Made by a program: the position numbers and the translations under genes
The notes under the pieces: generated by a model
Told to the model about the DNA's origin: nothing
The model's input: only the letters and a program-made list of their open reading frames with translations
Database searches by the model: none
Shown: positions 35,762 through 45,942 of the stretch, one piece after another
How positions within the stretch are numbered: the first letter of the stretch is position 1
Layout of the letters: each line of letters opens with the position of its first letter
Assembly: GCA_965248575.1 (NCBI GenBank)
Contig: CBDFJQ010000002.1
Location: 2,560,001 to 2,624,000, forward strand
Source of the DNA: Planctomycetota bacterium
GTDB taxonomy: Bacteria; Planctomycetota; B15-G4
Direction: 5' to 3'
DNA: 64,000 nt

Positions 35762-38074
35762 CTACCTCACCGACAGCGTCATGACATTGGAGAGCCCACC
35801 CACCGTCAGTCCAGGGTTCAACTCCACGGCGACCAGGTCCACCGTGGTACCGGACAGGGACGCCGGCAAGTTGACGCCGATGGACGCCTCCCCGCCCGCG
35901 TAGATGAGCGGCAACTTGGTGATGAGCAACGGGCTGGCCAGCGGCACGCCATTCACGGACAGCGCGGCCACCACAGCGCCCAGGCCACTTCCCTGCACGC
36001 GCAACTCCAGCGCGCCGCCTGCCACGGGTGAGGCGGAATCCGCCGTCAATGCCAGCACGTCGGGCCCGAAGGTCTCCACCAGCAGCAGGTCACCGCCGGC
36101 GCCTGCCTCATGGATGCCGAGCACGGCGTTGCGCACTGCGGGCGGCTTGTCGCTCGTGAACCCGAAGTTGTAGAGGGTCCCGAACTCCAACGGCCCCGCG
36201 ACCTTGTGCCCTGCCAGGAACACGCCTGGAAAAGCCCAGGCCAGGTTGCCCTGGGCTTTGCTCACCACCCAGTCGTTGGCCGCTTGGTCGTCGATGTCGT
36301 GAAAGCTCGCGCCCATGGCCAAGCCCGTGGAGATGGGCAGCGAGAAGGAGTCGACCTTGCGATCGAGGGTCCAGTTGAACAACGCGTACTCGTAGCGCCA
36401 GAGCCCGCCCGCAACGGGTGTCACCTGCACGGCGAGGATCACGTTGCCATCGTCGGGAGCCAGGCCCGCCAAGCTGCGCTTCTGTCCCCAACGCTGGATC
36501 GCCGGGCCCTGGACGAGCGGGTTTCCGTCCGACACGAGCGGTGTCGTGGCGAAGAAGCCCTCCCCATCCACCACGAACTCAGCCCGGCGCGAACCGATGT
36601 TGTTCTGCGGATTCACGTCGTCCCGCACCATGTAGAAGGCCTCGTACCAATAGCTGGCACCGGGCGTGGCAAGATCGGCGTCGAAGGCCTCGAGCCGATG
36701 GTCGACGGGGCTCAGGGTGCTGCCGTCCTCGTCTCGCAGGCAGTCCACCGGCACACCATCGAAGAAGGAGCCGGAGCACTCCCACTCCGCCGTGTAGGGG
36801 TTCCACTCGTCGCGTGGCCCCAGCCAGAAGCGGTCGGCGTTGTTGCCCGAGCCGTAGGTGTCCGAGCAGCCCAGTCCCAGCGCCGTCCCGCCCCCGGGGC
36901 TGAGGCAAGGCGTGCACGAGCTGTTGCTCTGGGCAAAGAAGCCGTGCTTGATCCAGGAAAGACCTACCTGTTCAAAGCGGCCGTTCCACTCGCGGTAGAG
37001 CGCCATCCCGATCCCCGGGTGCTCCGGGTCCATGGCCTTCAGCCACGGAATGTCGACGTCCCCGGCGTTGCACGAAATGGTCGTGAGGGACAGCCCCGAA
37101 CGACCCTCGGGGAAGTCCCCCTCATGGCCCAGAACCACGAGCGACTGCAAGCCGCCCAGCTCCATGTCGATGCCGCTGACTCCCACAGCTGCAGCCTGCT
37201 GGGCAGCCTCGCTGGGCGCCTCCGGGGTGGGGGCAAACCGGGTGGGCGCAAACGGGGTGAGCACGTTCTGGCCCGGCGGCAAACTCCACTCACCCTCCCA
37301 CTCATCCAGCGTGGCCTTGATGCGCCCGTAGCCCAGCACGAGTCCAGCCAGCTCAGGCCGCCCGAAGTGCTGCGCCAGTTGCTCCGTGAGCACGAGGTCC
37401 CAAGCGCGGATGCGTAGCTCGAGGGCAGCATGCCCGACGCCTGCGCCCGGTGCAGGCCAGCCATCGGGCCCGGTCCCATACGGATCGGGGGCCGCGAAGT
37501 AGACCTTCGCGTAGCAGAGCCGGAAAGCGTCTCGCGGGCCGATGCCGCCGCTGGGAGCCCCCGCTTCCGTCAGGTAGAGCACGTCCGGGTCCGGTTCGCC
37601 GCCCGGTCCGTCGCTGCGGGCCCAACGGGCGTGGATCTCGAAGTCGTGAAAGTCCACCACCCGTCCGCTGGCGGGCGCCACCAGGCTGAAGCCCCCGTCC
37701 AGGCGCACGGCACCACCGAGCACCCCGTAGGGTTGGGCAACCCCCAGGTCGTTGCGCAGTACCAACAGGTCCGAGTCCTCACGGATCTGGAAGCCATAGG
37801 CCGTTCCGCCAGCCTCCTCCACCAAGGGCTCGGGCACCTCTGCCGTCTGCACCAAAGCACGGAGCTCGAGCCCAGCCTGGGCCATGGCATCGGGATAGAG
37901 GTGCAGGGCGAGTCGACCACCGTTCGTGCGCCAAGGCGTGAGCTGGCCCAGGTCCGGAGGCAGGGCGGGGCCCTGCTGCGGAGACGCCGACGCGTCTCCG
38001 ACGCAGATCAGGAAGGACAAGCCCAGCAGAGCGGCCACCTGGCCAGCTCGTTGACAGCGCACGTGAAAGGACAT
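35762..38074 (-). CDS. Large secreted hypothetical protein with a Cys-rich central domain
   Basis: Signal peptide; SCNAGDVDIPW, FEQVGLSWIKHGF, CTPC, LGLGCSDTY, LGPRDEWNP; YEYALFN. Confidence 0.75.
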   Translation of the reverse strand: MSFHVRCQRAGQVAALLGLSFLICVGDASASPQQGPALPPDLGQLTPWRTNGGRLALHLYPDAMAQAGLELRALVQTAEVPEPLVEEAGGTAYGFQIREDSDLLVLRNDLGVAQPYGVLGGAVRLDGGFSLVAPASGRVVDFHDFEIHARWARSDGPGGEPDPDVLYLTEAGAPSGGIGPRDAFRLCYAKVYFAAPDPYGTGPDGWPAPGAGVGHAALELRIRAWDLVLTEQLAQHFGRPELAGLVLGYGRIKATLDEWEGEWSLPPGQNVLTPFAPTRFAPTPEAPSEAAQQAAAVGVSGIDMELGGLQSLVVLGHEGDFPEGRSGLSLTTISCNAGDVDIPWLKAMDPEHPGIGMALYREWNGRFEQVGLSWIKHGFFAQSNSSCTPCLSPGGGTALGLGCSDTYGSGNNADRFWLGPRDEWNPYTAEWECSGSFFDGVPVDCLRDEDGSTLSPVDHRLEAFDADLATPGASYWYEAFYMVRDDVNPQNNIGSRRAEFVVDGEGFFATTPLVSDGNPLVQGPAIQRWGQKRSLAGLAPDDGNVILAVQVTPVAGGLWRYEYALFNWTLDRKVDSFSLPISTGLAMGASFHDIDDQAANDWVVSKAQGNLAWAFPGVFLAGHKVAGPLEFGTLYNFGFTSDKPPAVRNAVLGIHEAGAGGDLLLVETFGPDVLALTADSASPVAGGALELRVQGSGLGAVVAALSVNGVPLASPLLITKLPLIYAGGEASIGVNLPASLSGTTVDLVAVELNPGLTVGGLSNVMTLSVR

Positions 38075-38246
38075 CGAGGTCGCCTCTGAGAACAGCGCTC
38101 GGCGCGAGAAAGGAAGTGAGCGCCAGTGTACGGCCCGGGGCCACCCCCACGCTGCCCTTCATCGCTCCCTGCAGCCCATCTTGCCCCGGCGTCGGATATG
38201 CTTTCCCCGCACGACTGTCCCGCGGCCTACGGACCTCTCCGTCCCG

Positions 38247-39692
38247 ATGAAGATCTCCATTGTCAATCCGGTCATTCCCGTCTTCCAGCGGAACTACGCC
38301 TACCGGAAAACCCGCCTCTGGCAGCCCCTCTCCACGGCCATCGTGGCGGCCTGGTTGGAAGAACAAGGGGGCTGGGAGATCCAGTTCTTGGATGCCCACG
38401 TCATGGGCTGGAGCGACGAAGAGACCGCGCGCCGCATCCGGGAGTTCGCACCCGACGTCCTCTACTACAGCTCCGAGCGCACCGATGCGTGGGAGCTGCC
38501 GATTCCCGACCTCGCCTACATCACCGACTTCTTCGAGGCGCTCGAAAAGACGGGCGACAAGCCGACGTGGGTCTTGGTGGAAGGGCCACACGGTTCCATC
38601 TACCCCGACGACATCATGCAGCGACTGCCCATGGCGGACGCCTGCCTGCGGGGCGAGACGGAGCCCGTCTCCTTTGCGGCGCTCGGCGCCTTGGCCCAGG
38701 GCGACGATCTCAGCAAAGTGAACTCCGTGAGCTGGCGCGACGAGCAAGGCGCGGTCCACCACAACCCGGACGAACCCAACCCGGTGCCCTACGCGGACTT
38801 CCCGTCTGCGGCCTGGCACCACCTGGACATGGGCCGCTACCGCGACGCCGCGGCGCCGGACACGCCCTTTGCCATGCTCGAGACCTCCCGCGGCTGCCCC
38901 ATGCCCTGCGGCTACTGCTACAAGCAGATGTTCGGCGACCGCCAGAGCAAGCGCGACCCCGAGCAGGTGCTGGACGAAGTGCAGCACGTGGTCGAGAATT
39001 ACGGCGTGCGCCGCATCATGTTCCAGGACCAGATCTTCACCCTGGACCGCAAGCACACCCGCGCCATCTGCGAAGGCCTCATCGACCGGCGCCTGGCGCC
39101 CAAGATCGAATGGCGCTGCCAGACGCGCCTGAACGGCATGACCAAGGAGCTGCTCAAGCTCATGAAGGATGCGGGCTGCGCCGAGATCTACACCGGCCTC
39201 GAGACGGGCAGCGACGACATGCAGGGCGAGATCAGCAAGCTGACCCTGGACGAGTACCTGGAGTACCGCGACTACGGCGAATCCATCGGCTTGCCCATCA
39301 GCCCCAACTTCATCTTCGGGCTGCCGGGCGAGACTTATGAAACCGCCATGGAGTCGGCGCGCTTCTATCACGAGCTGGGCTTCGCCATCGTGCCCAACGT
39401 GAACATCACCTACCCCCAGACCCGCTATCACGCCGAAGCCATCGAGCGTGAGGAGATCAGCGGCAGCACTTGGGACGAGGTCGTCATGGGTGCCGGCCTC
39501 GTGGGCACCGACATGGACAAGGCCACCATCGACAAGCTGCGCGCCAACGCGTTGCAGATGAACCGCGTGCTGCGCTGGAAGAAGCGGCTCTGGGGCCTGG
39601 CGGGCAAGCAGTACGGCAAGGGTGCCGCCGCGCGCATCCTGTCCAAGCGCCGCAAGCGGAACCCGGCTCTCAAGGTGCCGTCCATTCGCTGA
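38247..39692 (+). CDS. B12-binding radical SAM protein
   Basis: N-terminal cobalamin-binding-like domain (LDAHV, EGPH, LRGETE), ETSRGCPMPCGYC (CxxxCxxC), FQDQIFT, GLETG, FIFGLPGET. Confidence 0.9.
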   Translation: MKISIVNPVIPVFQRNYAYRKTRLWQPLSTAIVAAWLEEQGGWEIQFLDAHVMGWSDEETARRIREFAPDVLYYSSERTDAWELPIPDLAYITDFFEALEKTGDKPTWVLVEGPHGSIYPDDIMQRLPMADACLRGETEPVSFAALGALAQGDDLSKVNSVSWRDEQGAVHHNPDEPNPVPYADFPSAAWHHLDMGRYRDAAAPDTPFAMLETSRGCPMPCGYCYKQMFGDRQSKRDPEQVLDEVQHVVENYGVRRIMFQDQIFTLDRKHTRAICEGLIDRRLAPKIEWRCQTRLNGMTKELLKLMKDAGCAEIYTGLETGSDDMQGEISKLTLDEYLEYRDYGESIGLPISPNFIFGLPGETYETAMESARFYHELGFAIVPNVNITYPQTRYHAEAIEREEISGSTWDEVVMGAGLVGTDMDKATIDKLRANALQMNRVLRWKKRLWGLAGKQYGKGAAARILSKRRKRNPALKVPSIR

Positions 39693-39746
39693 CCGCGCCC
39701 TACGTGTGACGCCTGGGCGGCCGCGCTTGCATCGCCTCTGGGGGCG

Positions 39747-41606
39747 GTGAAGACTGGCAGCATCCCCAGGGAAGAGCACGTCTTGAGCGAGTCCGAACAC
39801 GAGCCCATCGTGGACGACACGGCCGATGTCGATGTCGAGGCCGAAGTAGCGACCGAGGGTGCGGCCGGGATCGACACTGCGGCTCCGACCGATGTCCATC
39901 TGGCAGCCGGACGCCCGCGACTCATCACCCTGCTCGGCATCCTCGCCCTGGCTCTCGGGCTGCGCGGCCTCGCCTGGCAGCGCGCGCTCATGATGATGAA
40001 CGATGGGCCGGACTTCCTTTGGCAGGCCCTGCGCTTCCTGGACGGTGAGTGGTCGGCCGCCCTCAGCCATCCCTACCACCCCCTGTTCGCTGGACTCACG
40101 GCGCTCGTCGCCGGTTTGCGCGGAGTCACCGAGCTGGGCAGCGACCCAGGCGCCGCTATCGGCCTGGGAGGGGGCACCAGCCTGGAGACGTCGGCACTCG
40201 CGGTGTCCGTGGCAGGCGGACTGCTGGTGGTCGTGGCCACCTGGGGGCTCGCCAAGTTGGCGTTCCCGAACAGCCCGCGCGTGCCCGCCTGTGCCGCTCT
40301 GGTCGCCGCTGTCGCCGCCCGCTTCGTGGCGTTCAGCTCGGATGTGCAGTCCGACGGCCTCTTCGCTGGCCTGAGTCTCGCGGCCGTCTGGGCCCTGGTC
40401 TCAGCCGCGCAGCGAGGAGCCTGCGGACGACGGCTGGCGGCGGCCGGGCTGCTCACGGGCCTCGCGTATCTCACACGCCCTGAAGGCCTGTTTGTCTGCT
40501 TCGCCCTGGTTCTGTGGCTCGTCGCACAACCGGGCGCGCTCAGATCCCGCGTGCGCGGCGTCCTGCTCTTCACGGGCGGCGCGCTGCTCTTGGTGCTGCC
40601 CTACGTCGTCGCGCTGCATCAGGTCACAGGCGTCTGGGGCCTCTCGCTCAAGCCTTCGCTGCAGTTCGCCGGCCTGAGCGACTCCACGCAGATCCAACCG
40701 GCGCCGGCGGGCTCGCCCATGTCCTGGGCCTATGTGCCCACGGTCCTCGGCGAACGTCGCGCGCGGAAGGCCGCCGAAGAGCTGCCTCCTCGCCAGGGCT
40801 CGCTGCAGGGCACCCTTAACAACGGCACCACGTGGCTTCCCATGCCGGGGCTCTCGCTACTCGCACTCCCGCCCCTCGCGGCGAAGGCCGATTGGGGCCG
40901 CGCCCTCAACGTGACCCTCAAGGGCTACGTGTCGGCCTTGCGCGGCGAACTTGTTCTGCTGGCGCTGCTCGGCATCGTCCCTCTGTTGCGACAGCGTCGA
41001 TCCCTGGCCATGGGCCTGCTCGCCATGCAGCTGGGCTGGTTGGCCGTCAGCTGCTGGCACGTACGTACGAGCGACTACATCACCAACCGGCACTTCCTCA
41101 TGGCGCACGCGCTGCTCTTGCCCATCGCGGGCGCGGGGCTTCTGAGCCTCTGGACCGCCGGGAAGAGCGCAGCGGCTCGCCCCTGGCTGCGCAACACCCT
41201 GCGCACCCTGGCCGTCCTGTGTCTCGTCGTCAGCGCACTAGCGGGGACGGCGCCGCGGCGCGACGAGAATGGCCCGCGCTTGGAAGCCCTGGCCTGGGTC
41301 AGCAAGCACACCTCCGTCGAGCAGTCCTTCGCCACCCATCGGCATCGGGATGGTTGGTACGCGCACCGCGTGGCCATCACCACGCGCATGCCCGTCAAGG
41401 ACCGACTCTTCGCCCGACGCGTCCAGGAGCAGAACGTCCGCTATCTCGTCTTCGACGAGGACAAGCTGCTGGAGCACCAACCGCACTGGATCGAGCAGGG
41501 CCTGGTGAGCCTGGTGCAGAGTTTCGAGGGTGAGGGCGACACGGTCCTGGTCCTGGAGCCTCACTTTGGCGACCTCGTGCCGCCCGCCGCCCAGACCGAC
41601 AGGTAG
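39747..41606 (+). CDS. Membrane GT-C glycosyltransferase (ArnT/PMT-like, GT39/83-like)
   Basis: TM1 followed by NDG, HPLF, SDGLF, GLAYLTRPEG; multiple TM helices; start may be TTG 39783. Confidence 0.75.
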   Translation: MKTGSIPREEHVLSESEHEPIVDDTADVDVEAEVATEGAAGIDTAAPTDVHLAAGRPRLITLLGILALALGLRGLAWQRALMMMNDGPDFLWQALRFLDGEWSAALSHPYHPLFAGLTALVAGLRGVTELGSDPGAAIGLGGGTSLETSALAVSVAGGLLVVVATWGLAKLAFPNSPRVPACAALVAAVAARFVAFSSDVQSDGLFAGLSLAAVWALVSAAQRGACGRRLAAAGLLTGLAYLTRPEGLFVCFALVLWLVAQPGALRSRVRGVLLFTGGALLLVLPYVVALHQVTGVWGLSLKPSLQFAGLSDSTQIQPAPAGSPMSWAYVPTVLGERRARKAAEELPPRQGSLQGTLNNGTTWLPMPGLSLLALPPLAAKADWGRALNVTLKGYVSALRGELVLLALLGIVPLLRQRRSLAMGLLAMQLGWLAVSCWHVRTSDYITNRHFLMAHALLLPIAGAGLLSLWTAGKSAAARPWLRNTLRTLAVLCLVVSALAGTAPRRDENGPRLEALAWVSKHTSVEQSFATHRHRDGWYAHRVAITTRMPVKDRLFARRVQEQNVRYLVFDEDKLLEHQPHWIEQGLVSLVQSFEGEGDTVLVLEPHFGDLVPPAAQTDR

Positions 41607-41625
41607 CGAAGCCCTCGAGTCCTGG

Positions 41626-43842
41626 CTAGAACTCGGCGTAACCGAGTTGGCGCAACAGTTCCGCCTGGCGCGGCGAAATCTCCCGGCTGGCAGGCTCGTG
41701 CAGGGGTTGCAGCAACTGCAGCGCGAGAGGGCGCAGCCGCTCATCCAGCGCCTGGATCCAGGGCGCATCGCTGCCCAGCAGATTCGTGGCTTCATCCGGG
41801 TCGAGGCTGAGGTCGTAGGCCTCCCGGATCTCACCTACCCCCAGCGGATCCCCGGCGGGTGAAACGGTGATGAGCTTCCGATCCCCATGGATGATCGCCA
41901 GGCTCGGCTCCTGCCCGTGACGCACGGTGGCGAGATGAGAGAACACGGGCCGGTCCTTGTCCAGGGAGAGCAAGGCAGAGCCCAACCACTGGGGGTGCGG
42001 CGTCACACCCGCCATCTCGGCGAGAGTCCGGGGCAAGTCCACCAGCGAGGCCGCGTGTTCAACATCACCGGCCAAGACTCCCGGCCCCCGCACGAGCAAG
42101 GGCACGCGCACGATCTCGTCCCAGACGCCTGTGCCGTGACCCAGCACACGGTGTTCGAAGAAGGCCTCGCCATGGTCGCTGGTAAACACCAGATAGCCAT
42201 CCTCCCCGAAGCCCGTGCGGTCCAGGATCTCCAGGAAGCCCGCGAACGCCCGGTCGAGGTCCACAACACCACCGCGGTAAAGGTCCAGATACTGGGCGAC
42301 GGCCCGCTGCACCTCAACCGGCAAGGCCTGCTCTGGTGGCAGGTCCAATGTGCTCGCCCGGATGCGATGCAGCAGATCGTCTTCGTCGCCGCTCAGGTCG
42401 AGGCGACCGCGCTGCTGCTTACGTGTTTCGGGCGTGACCCGGTAGGGCGTGTGCGTCGCGTAGGTCTGCACGAACAAGAACGTCGGGCGCCCGTCGTCTG
42501 CCTCCAGGAAGGCCTCCGCGCGTTTCAGGGTCTCCTCTACGCCGGCACCGCGCTGGTCCCACCACGAGAAGCCCTGATCGAGGCCTGCGTCGTGCGTCAC
42601 GATGACACCGTCGGTGATGGCCCCCGTGCGGTATCCGGCTTCTGTCAGCAACTCCGCGATGGTCAAGGCCTCGTCCGCCAACCCGAAGCTGGTGTCCACA
42701 GCGTAGTGCTGCAGGGGGAACATGCCCGAGAACAGTGAAGCGTGGGCGGGCAGCGTCCACGAAGCAGGGGACCAGGTGTCCAGGAATCGACGGCAGCCCT
42801 GCGCGAAGCGGTCGATGTTCGGGGTGAGGCCCAGCGTGCTGCCATAGGCCGCGAGATTGTCCGCGCGAAAGGTATCCGCCAGGAAGACGATGATGTCCGG
42901 AGGCTCAGCTGAAGCAGTGTCGCTAGGCGCCCCTGTCGGCAGAGGCACCAGCACAGGCGAAAGGAAGGCCGTGAGCGCAGGCGGCCCCGTCACGGAGAAC
43001 ACGAGCGAACCTTGGGTACCTGCTGGCAAGTCCAGCGCCTGCCAGTCCGCCGCTCCCATCTCCCCCGCTGGCTGGGCGTGCGTAAAAAGCTCCGCCCCGT
43101 CCAGCTCCACCTTGAACACGACTTCGCTTCCCGCCTCAGCCAACAGCACTCCAGCTTGCGAAACAGTGCAGAAGCGGAGGCTGGTGGCCTGTTGGATGTC
43201 GACAGGCACCCCCACCCGGGAACCCGGCACCACGGGCAGGCCATCCCCCGCAAACCGGCGCTGCTCCACGCGCCAGATGTCGCCTTGCTTCCGAGCCACA
43301 CGGACAAAGACCCGGTGCCGCAGGACCGGCAGCTCCTGATCGGGTTCCAGCACGACGAAGAGTTTTCTCTGGGTCTGGAAGAACGAGCCGGCGACCGCTC
43401 GACCAGGTCGCAACTCGCGCCCACGGAACACCAGCTCCAGCTCATCGGCTTCGAGCCGCATCGGTTTGCCGCCATCCGCCGGGACGCCGATGCTCGTCAA
43501 CAAGGACGGGGCTTCCCACACACCGGGCGTCCCTGTCAGTGTCCACTGCGCGGGATTCAGCGTGCGTTGGACCCAGAGAGCCTCACCTCCCTCGACAGCC
43601 TCCACACGGAGCTCGGGTGCCCCAGGTTGCGTGAGGTGCAGGTTGCGCAAGCTCTGCGCGAAGGCGCCGTCCAAGCGGCCGGCCTCCTCAGGCGCGATGA
43701 GTCGAACGGTCTGCGCTGCTTGCTCGGGCTCGGCGGCTGCTGTGCAAGCCGTCAACAGCCTGAAGAACGCCAGGAGGCCCAAGGCCCATCCGGCGGTTGG
43801 GAAGACGCGGCGTCGGACGAACGACGAACTGGGCATGGTCAC
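41626..43842 (-). CDS. Sulfatase-like (alkaline phosphatase superfamily) exported protein
   Basis: FLADTFRAD, SWTLPAHASLFSG, HTPY, TSDHGE, VPLLV, YDL..DP.E, C-terminal LRQLGY. Confidence 0.85.
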   Translation of the reverse strand: MTMPSSSFVRRRVFPTAGWALGLLAFFRLLTACTAAAEPEQAAQTVRLIAPEEAGRLDGAFAQSLRNLHLTQPGAPELRVEAVEGGEALWVQRTLNPAQWTLTGTPGVWEAPSLLTSIGVPADGGKPMRLEADELELVFRGRELRPGRAVAGSFFQTQRKLFVVLEPDQELPVLRHRVFVRVARKQGDIWRVEQRRFAGDGLPVVPGSRVGVPVDIQQATSLRFCTVSQAGVLLAEAGSEVVFKVELDGAELFTHAQPAGEMGAADWQALDLPAGTQGSLVFSVTGPPALTAFLSPVLVPLPTGAPSDTASAEPPDIIVFLADTFRADNLAAYGSTLGLTPNIDRFAQGCRRFLDTWSPASWTLPAHASLFSGMFPLQHYAVDTSFGLADEALTIAELLTEAGYRTGAITDGVIVTHDAGLDQGFSWWDQRGAGVEETLKRAEAFLEADDGRPTFLFVQTYATHTPYRVTPETRKQQRGRLDLSGDEDDLLHRIRASTLDLPPEQALPVEVQRAVAQYLDLYRGGVVDLDRAFAGFLEILDRTGFGEDGYLVFTSDHGEAFFEHRVLGHGTGVWDEIVRVPLLVRGPGVLAGDVEHAASLVDLPRTLAEMAGVTPHPQWLGSALLSLDKDRPVFSHLATVRHGQEPSLAIIHGDRKLITVSPAGDPLGVGEIREAYDLSLDPDEATNLLGSDAPWIQALDERLRPLALQLLQPLHEPASREISPRQAELLRQLGYAEF

Positions 43843-43895
43843 AAGGCACCGAAGCCTGGAAGCGGGGGCGCAGTCTAGCAGCCCGCAGAGGGTCC

Positions 43896-45848
43896 TCAGG
43901 AGGCGCTCACCAGACGGACCGGCTGTTCATAGAAGGCCGCGCCACCTCCATCGTCCGTTGGCACGGCGCGGATCAGGACATTGGCGCAACGCCCGTCCCT
44001 CAACATACCGCCCTTGGCAGCCAGCACGAGGCCCGGGCGGACCTTGTCGTCGTGCAACACCCGCACGTCCAGGCACCCGACCTCACTCTCCACACGCGCT
44101 AGGCTCTCGTGGGCCGGAAGCCCCTCCACCGAAGGGTGCACGCGCACTTCCGGCGGCCCCTCGGTCGGCACCGACCACTGCGACGATTGTGCCGCGGGCA
44201 CGGACATCGCCATGAGCAGGAGCGGAAATTCTGCTGTGCCCTGCGGGGCGGGCGCTGCTGGTTCATGAATGAGATTCACACGCCCGCTCGGCGTGGGCAC
44301 GCGCCGGTCGGCATAGAGCACGTCCGCAGCGAAGGGGTTGCGCACCGGCCCCGCGCGCAGGGCATCCAAACCACTGCCAGCCGAGTCGAGTCGTCGGGTC
44401 ACGCGCCGCTTCCAGGACTCGAGGTCACCCGCGAGGACGTCCTGCAAGCCCAAGCGTTCCGCTAGGGGCTGGAGGATCTCCAGCTCATGACGACATGTGC
44501 CCGGAGGAACCAAGGCCGCTTTCGACTCCCGCAACCAGTGGTTTCCGTAGGCCCCGAGCAGGTCGGAGTCCTCCAGCAGCGTCAGGGTCGGGAGCACGAG
44601 GTCTGCGCAATCGGTGGTGTCGGTGGGATGGGTGTCCACCACCACCGTGAACGGCACCTCCCGAAAGGCTTGGTGAGTCAGGGTCGCTTCAGGGAGCATC
44701 GACACGGGGTTGCCCGCTGTCACCCAGGCCACCTGGACCGGGGGACCCTTTGCGCCCTGTGCTTCCTGGGCCTCAAGGATCTCGCGGCCCAGGCGGTACT
44801 CGGGAAACACGCGCGGCGCCGCGGACTCCCCCTGCACCAGCTCGGAGTCATCGAAGGCCGACCGGCGCCCGAAGTAGTAGGAAACGCCCCCGCCGGGTAC
44901 GCCGAGGTTTCCCGAGAGGGCCCCCAAGGCGTCCAGGGACCGCACCGCGGCGGAGCCGTTGCTGCGACGGGTCAAACCCCACCCCACCAGCAGCGCGCTG
45001 GGGGATTTGTTGCCATAGAGATCGGCGAGCTGGCGTAGCTCGCTCTCCGGGACACCCGCATCCTGCGCCCAGACCTCGACGGGCCGGGAGTGCACCAGCT
45101 CGCGGTACCCATCCCAGTGATCACACCAGTCCGACGCGGACTGATCCTCGAGCCCCTCGTTGAAGAGGTGCCGTGCCACGCCCATGGCGAGGGCGAAGTC
45201 CCCGCCGGGCCGAGGTTGGAGGAAGTGCGTGCAGAGGGCCGCCAATTTCGTGCGCACAGGGTCGACCCCGAGGATCAGTGCCCCCTGCTTGCGCGCCTCG
45301 TTGAGAACGGGCAAGAGGTGCACGCCGCTGGTGTGGGGGTTCTTGCCCCAGACCAGGATCAGCCGACTGTTCAGGAGGTCCTGGATGTCATGGCTCTCCG
45401 CCTGCCCGAAGTCCTTCTCCTGCGCGTTCTCGCCCGCAGCCGAACACACGTCGCCGCCTTTGACCGTGACCGGACCGAACTGCTCGAACAACCGACTGGC
45501 CAGGGCCTTGAGGATGCCCAGGGAGCCCCCGCCGCGGTAGTGGAGGATGGACGCCGGGCCAAAGTCCGCTCGCGCCTCCAGGAGTTTCGCTGCCGCCAGG
45601 TCCAGGGCCTCGTCCCAGCCGATGGGCTCCAGCACCCCGTCCCGACGCAGCATGGGCTGGGTGAAGCGCGCGGGGTCGTTCTGCCGGCTCAGGAAGCGCG
45701 AGGTGCGCTCGCACAGGAATCCCCGGGTGATGGGGTCCTCGGGATCGCCTCCCAGGTGAGTCGCCCGGCCCTGCTCATCGACGGTGACGACGAGAGAGCA
45801 CGCATCGGGGCAGTCACGATTGCACGCGGTGTGACGAACGTCAGGCAT
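43896..45848 (-). CDS. Molybdopterin-dependent oxidoreductase (DMSO reductase family)
   Basis: CNRDCPDAC...FLC Fe-S motif, WDEALD, WGKNP, DPVRT, AGNP, TTDCADLVLP; ATG 45848. Confidence 0.9.
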   Translation of the reverse strand: MPDVRHTACNRDCPDACSLVVTVDEQGRATHLGGDPEDPITRGFLCERTSRFLSRQNDPARFTQPMLRRDGVLEPIGWDEALDLAAAKLLEARADFGPASILHYRGGGSLGILKALASRLFEQFGPVTVKGGDVCSAAGENAQEKDFGQAESHDIQDLLNSRLILVWGKNPHTSGVHLLPVLNEARKQGALILGVDPVRTKLAALCTHFLQPRPGGDFALAMGVARHLFNEGLEDQSASDWCDHWDGYRELVHSRPVEVWAQDAGVPESELRQLADLYGNKSPSALLVGWGLTRRSNGSAAVRSLDALGALSGNLGVPGGGVSYYFGRRSAFDDSELVQGESAAPRVFPEYRLGREILEAQEAQGAKGPPVQVAWVTAGNPVSMLPEATLTHQAFREVPFTVVVDTHPTDTTDCADLVLPTLTLLEDSDLLGAYGNHWLRESKAALVPPGTCRHELEILQPLAERLGLQDVLAGDLESWKRRVTRRLDSAGSGLDALRAGPVRNPFAADVLYADRRVPTPSGRVNLIHEPAAPAPQGTAEFPLLLMAMSVPAAQSSQWSVPTEGPPEVRVHPSVEGLPAHESLARVESEVGCLDVRVLHDDKVRPGLVLAAKGGMLRDGRCANVLIRAVPTDDGGGAAFYEQPVRLVSAS

Positions 45849-45942
45849 CGGCGCAGCATAGCGTGGACGCTCGGCCCAGGCACCGGTCCCAGCACCCGCA
45901 TCCCTTGACCCCCTCCCGGCGGCGCGGGACAGTGCTTCACCT

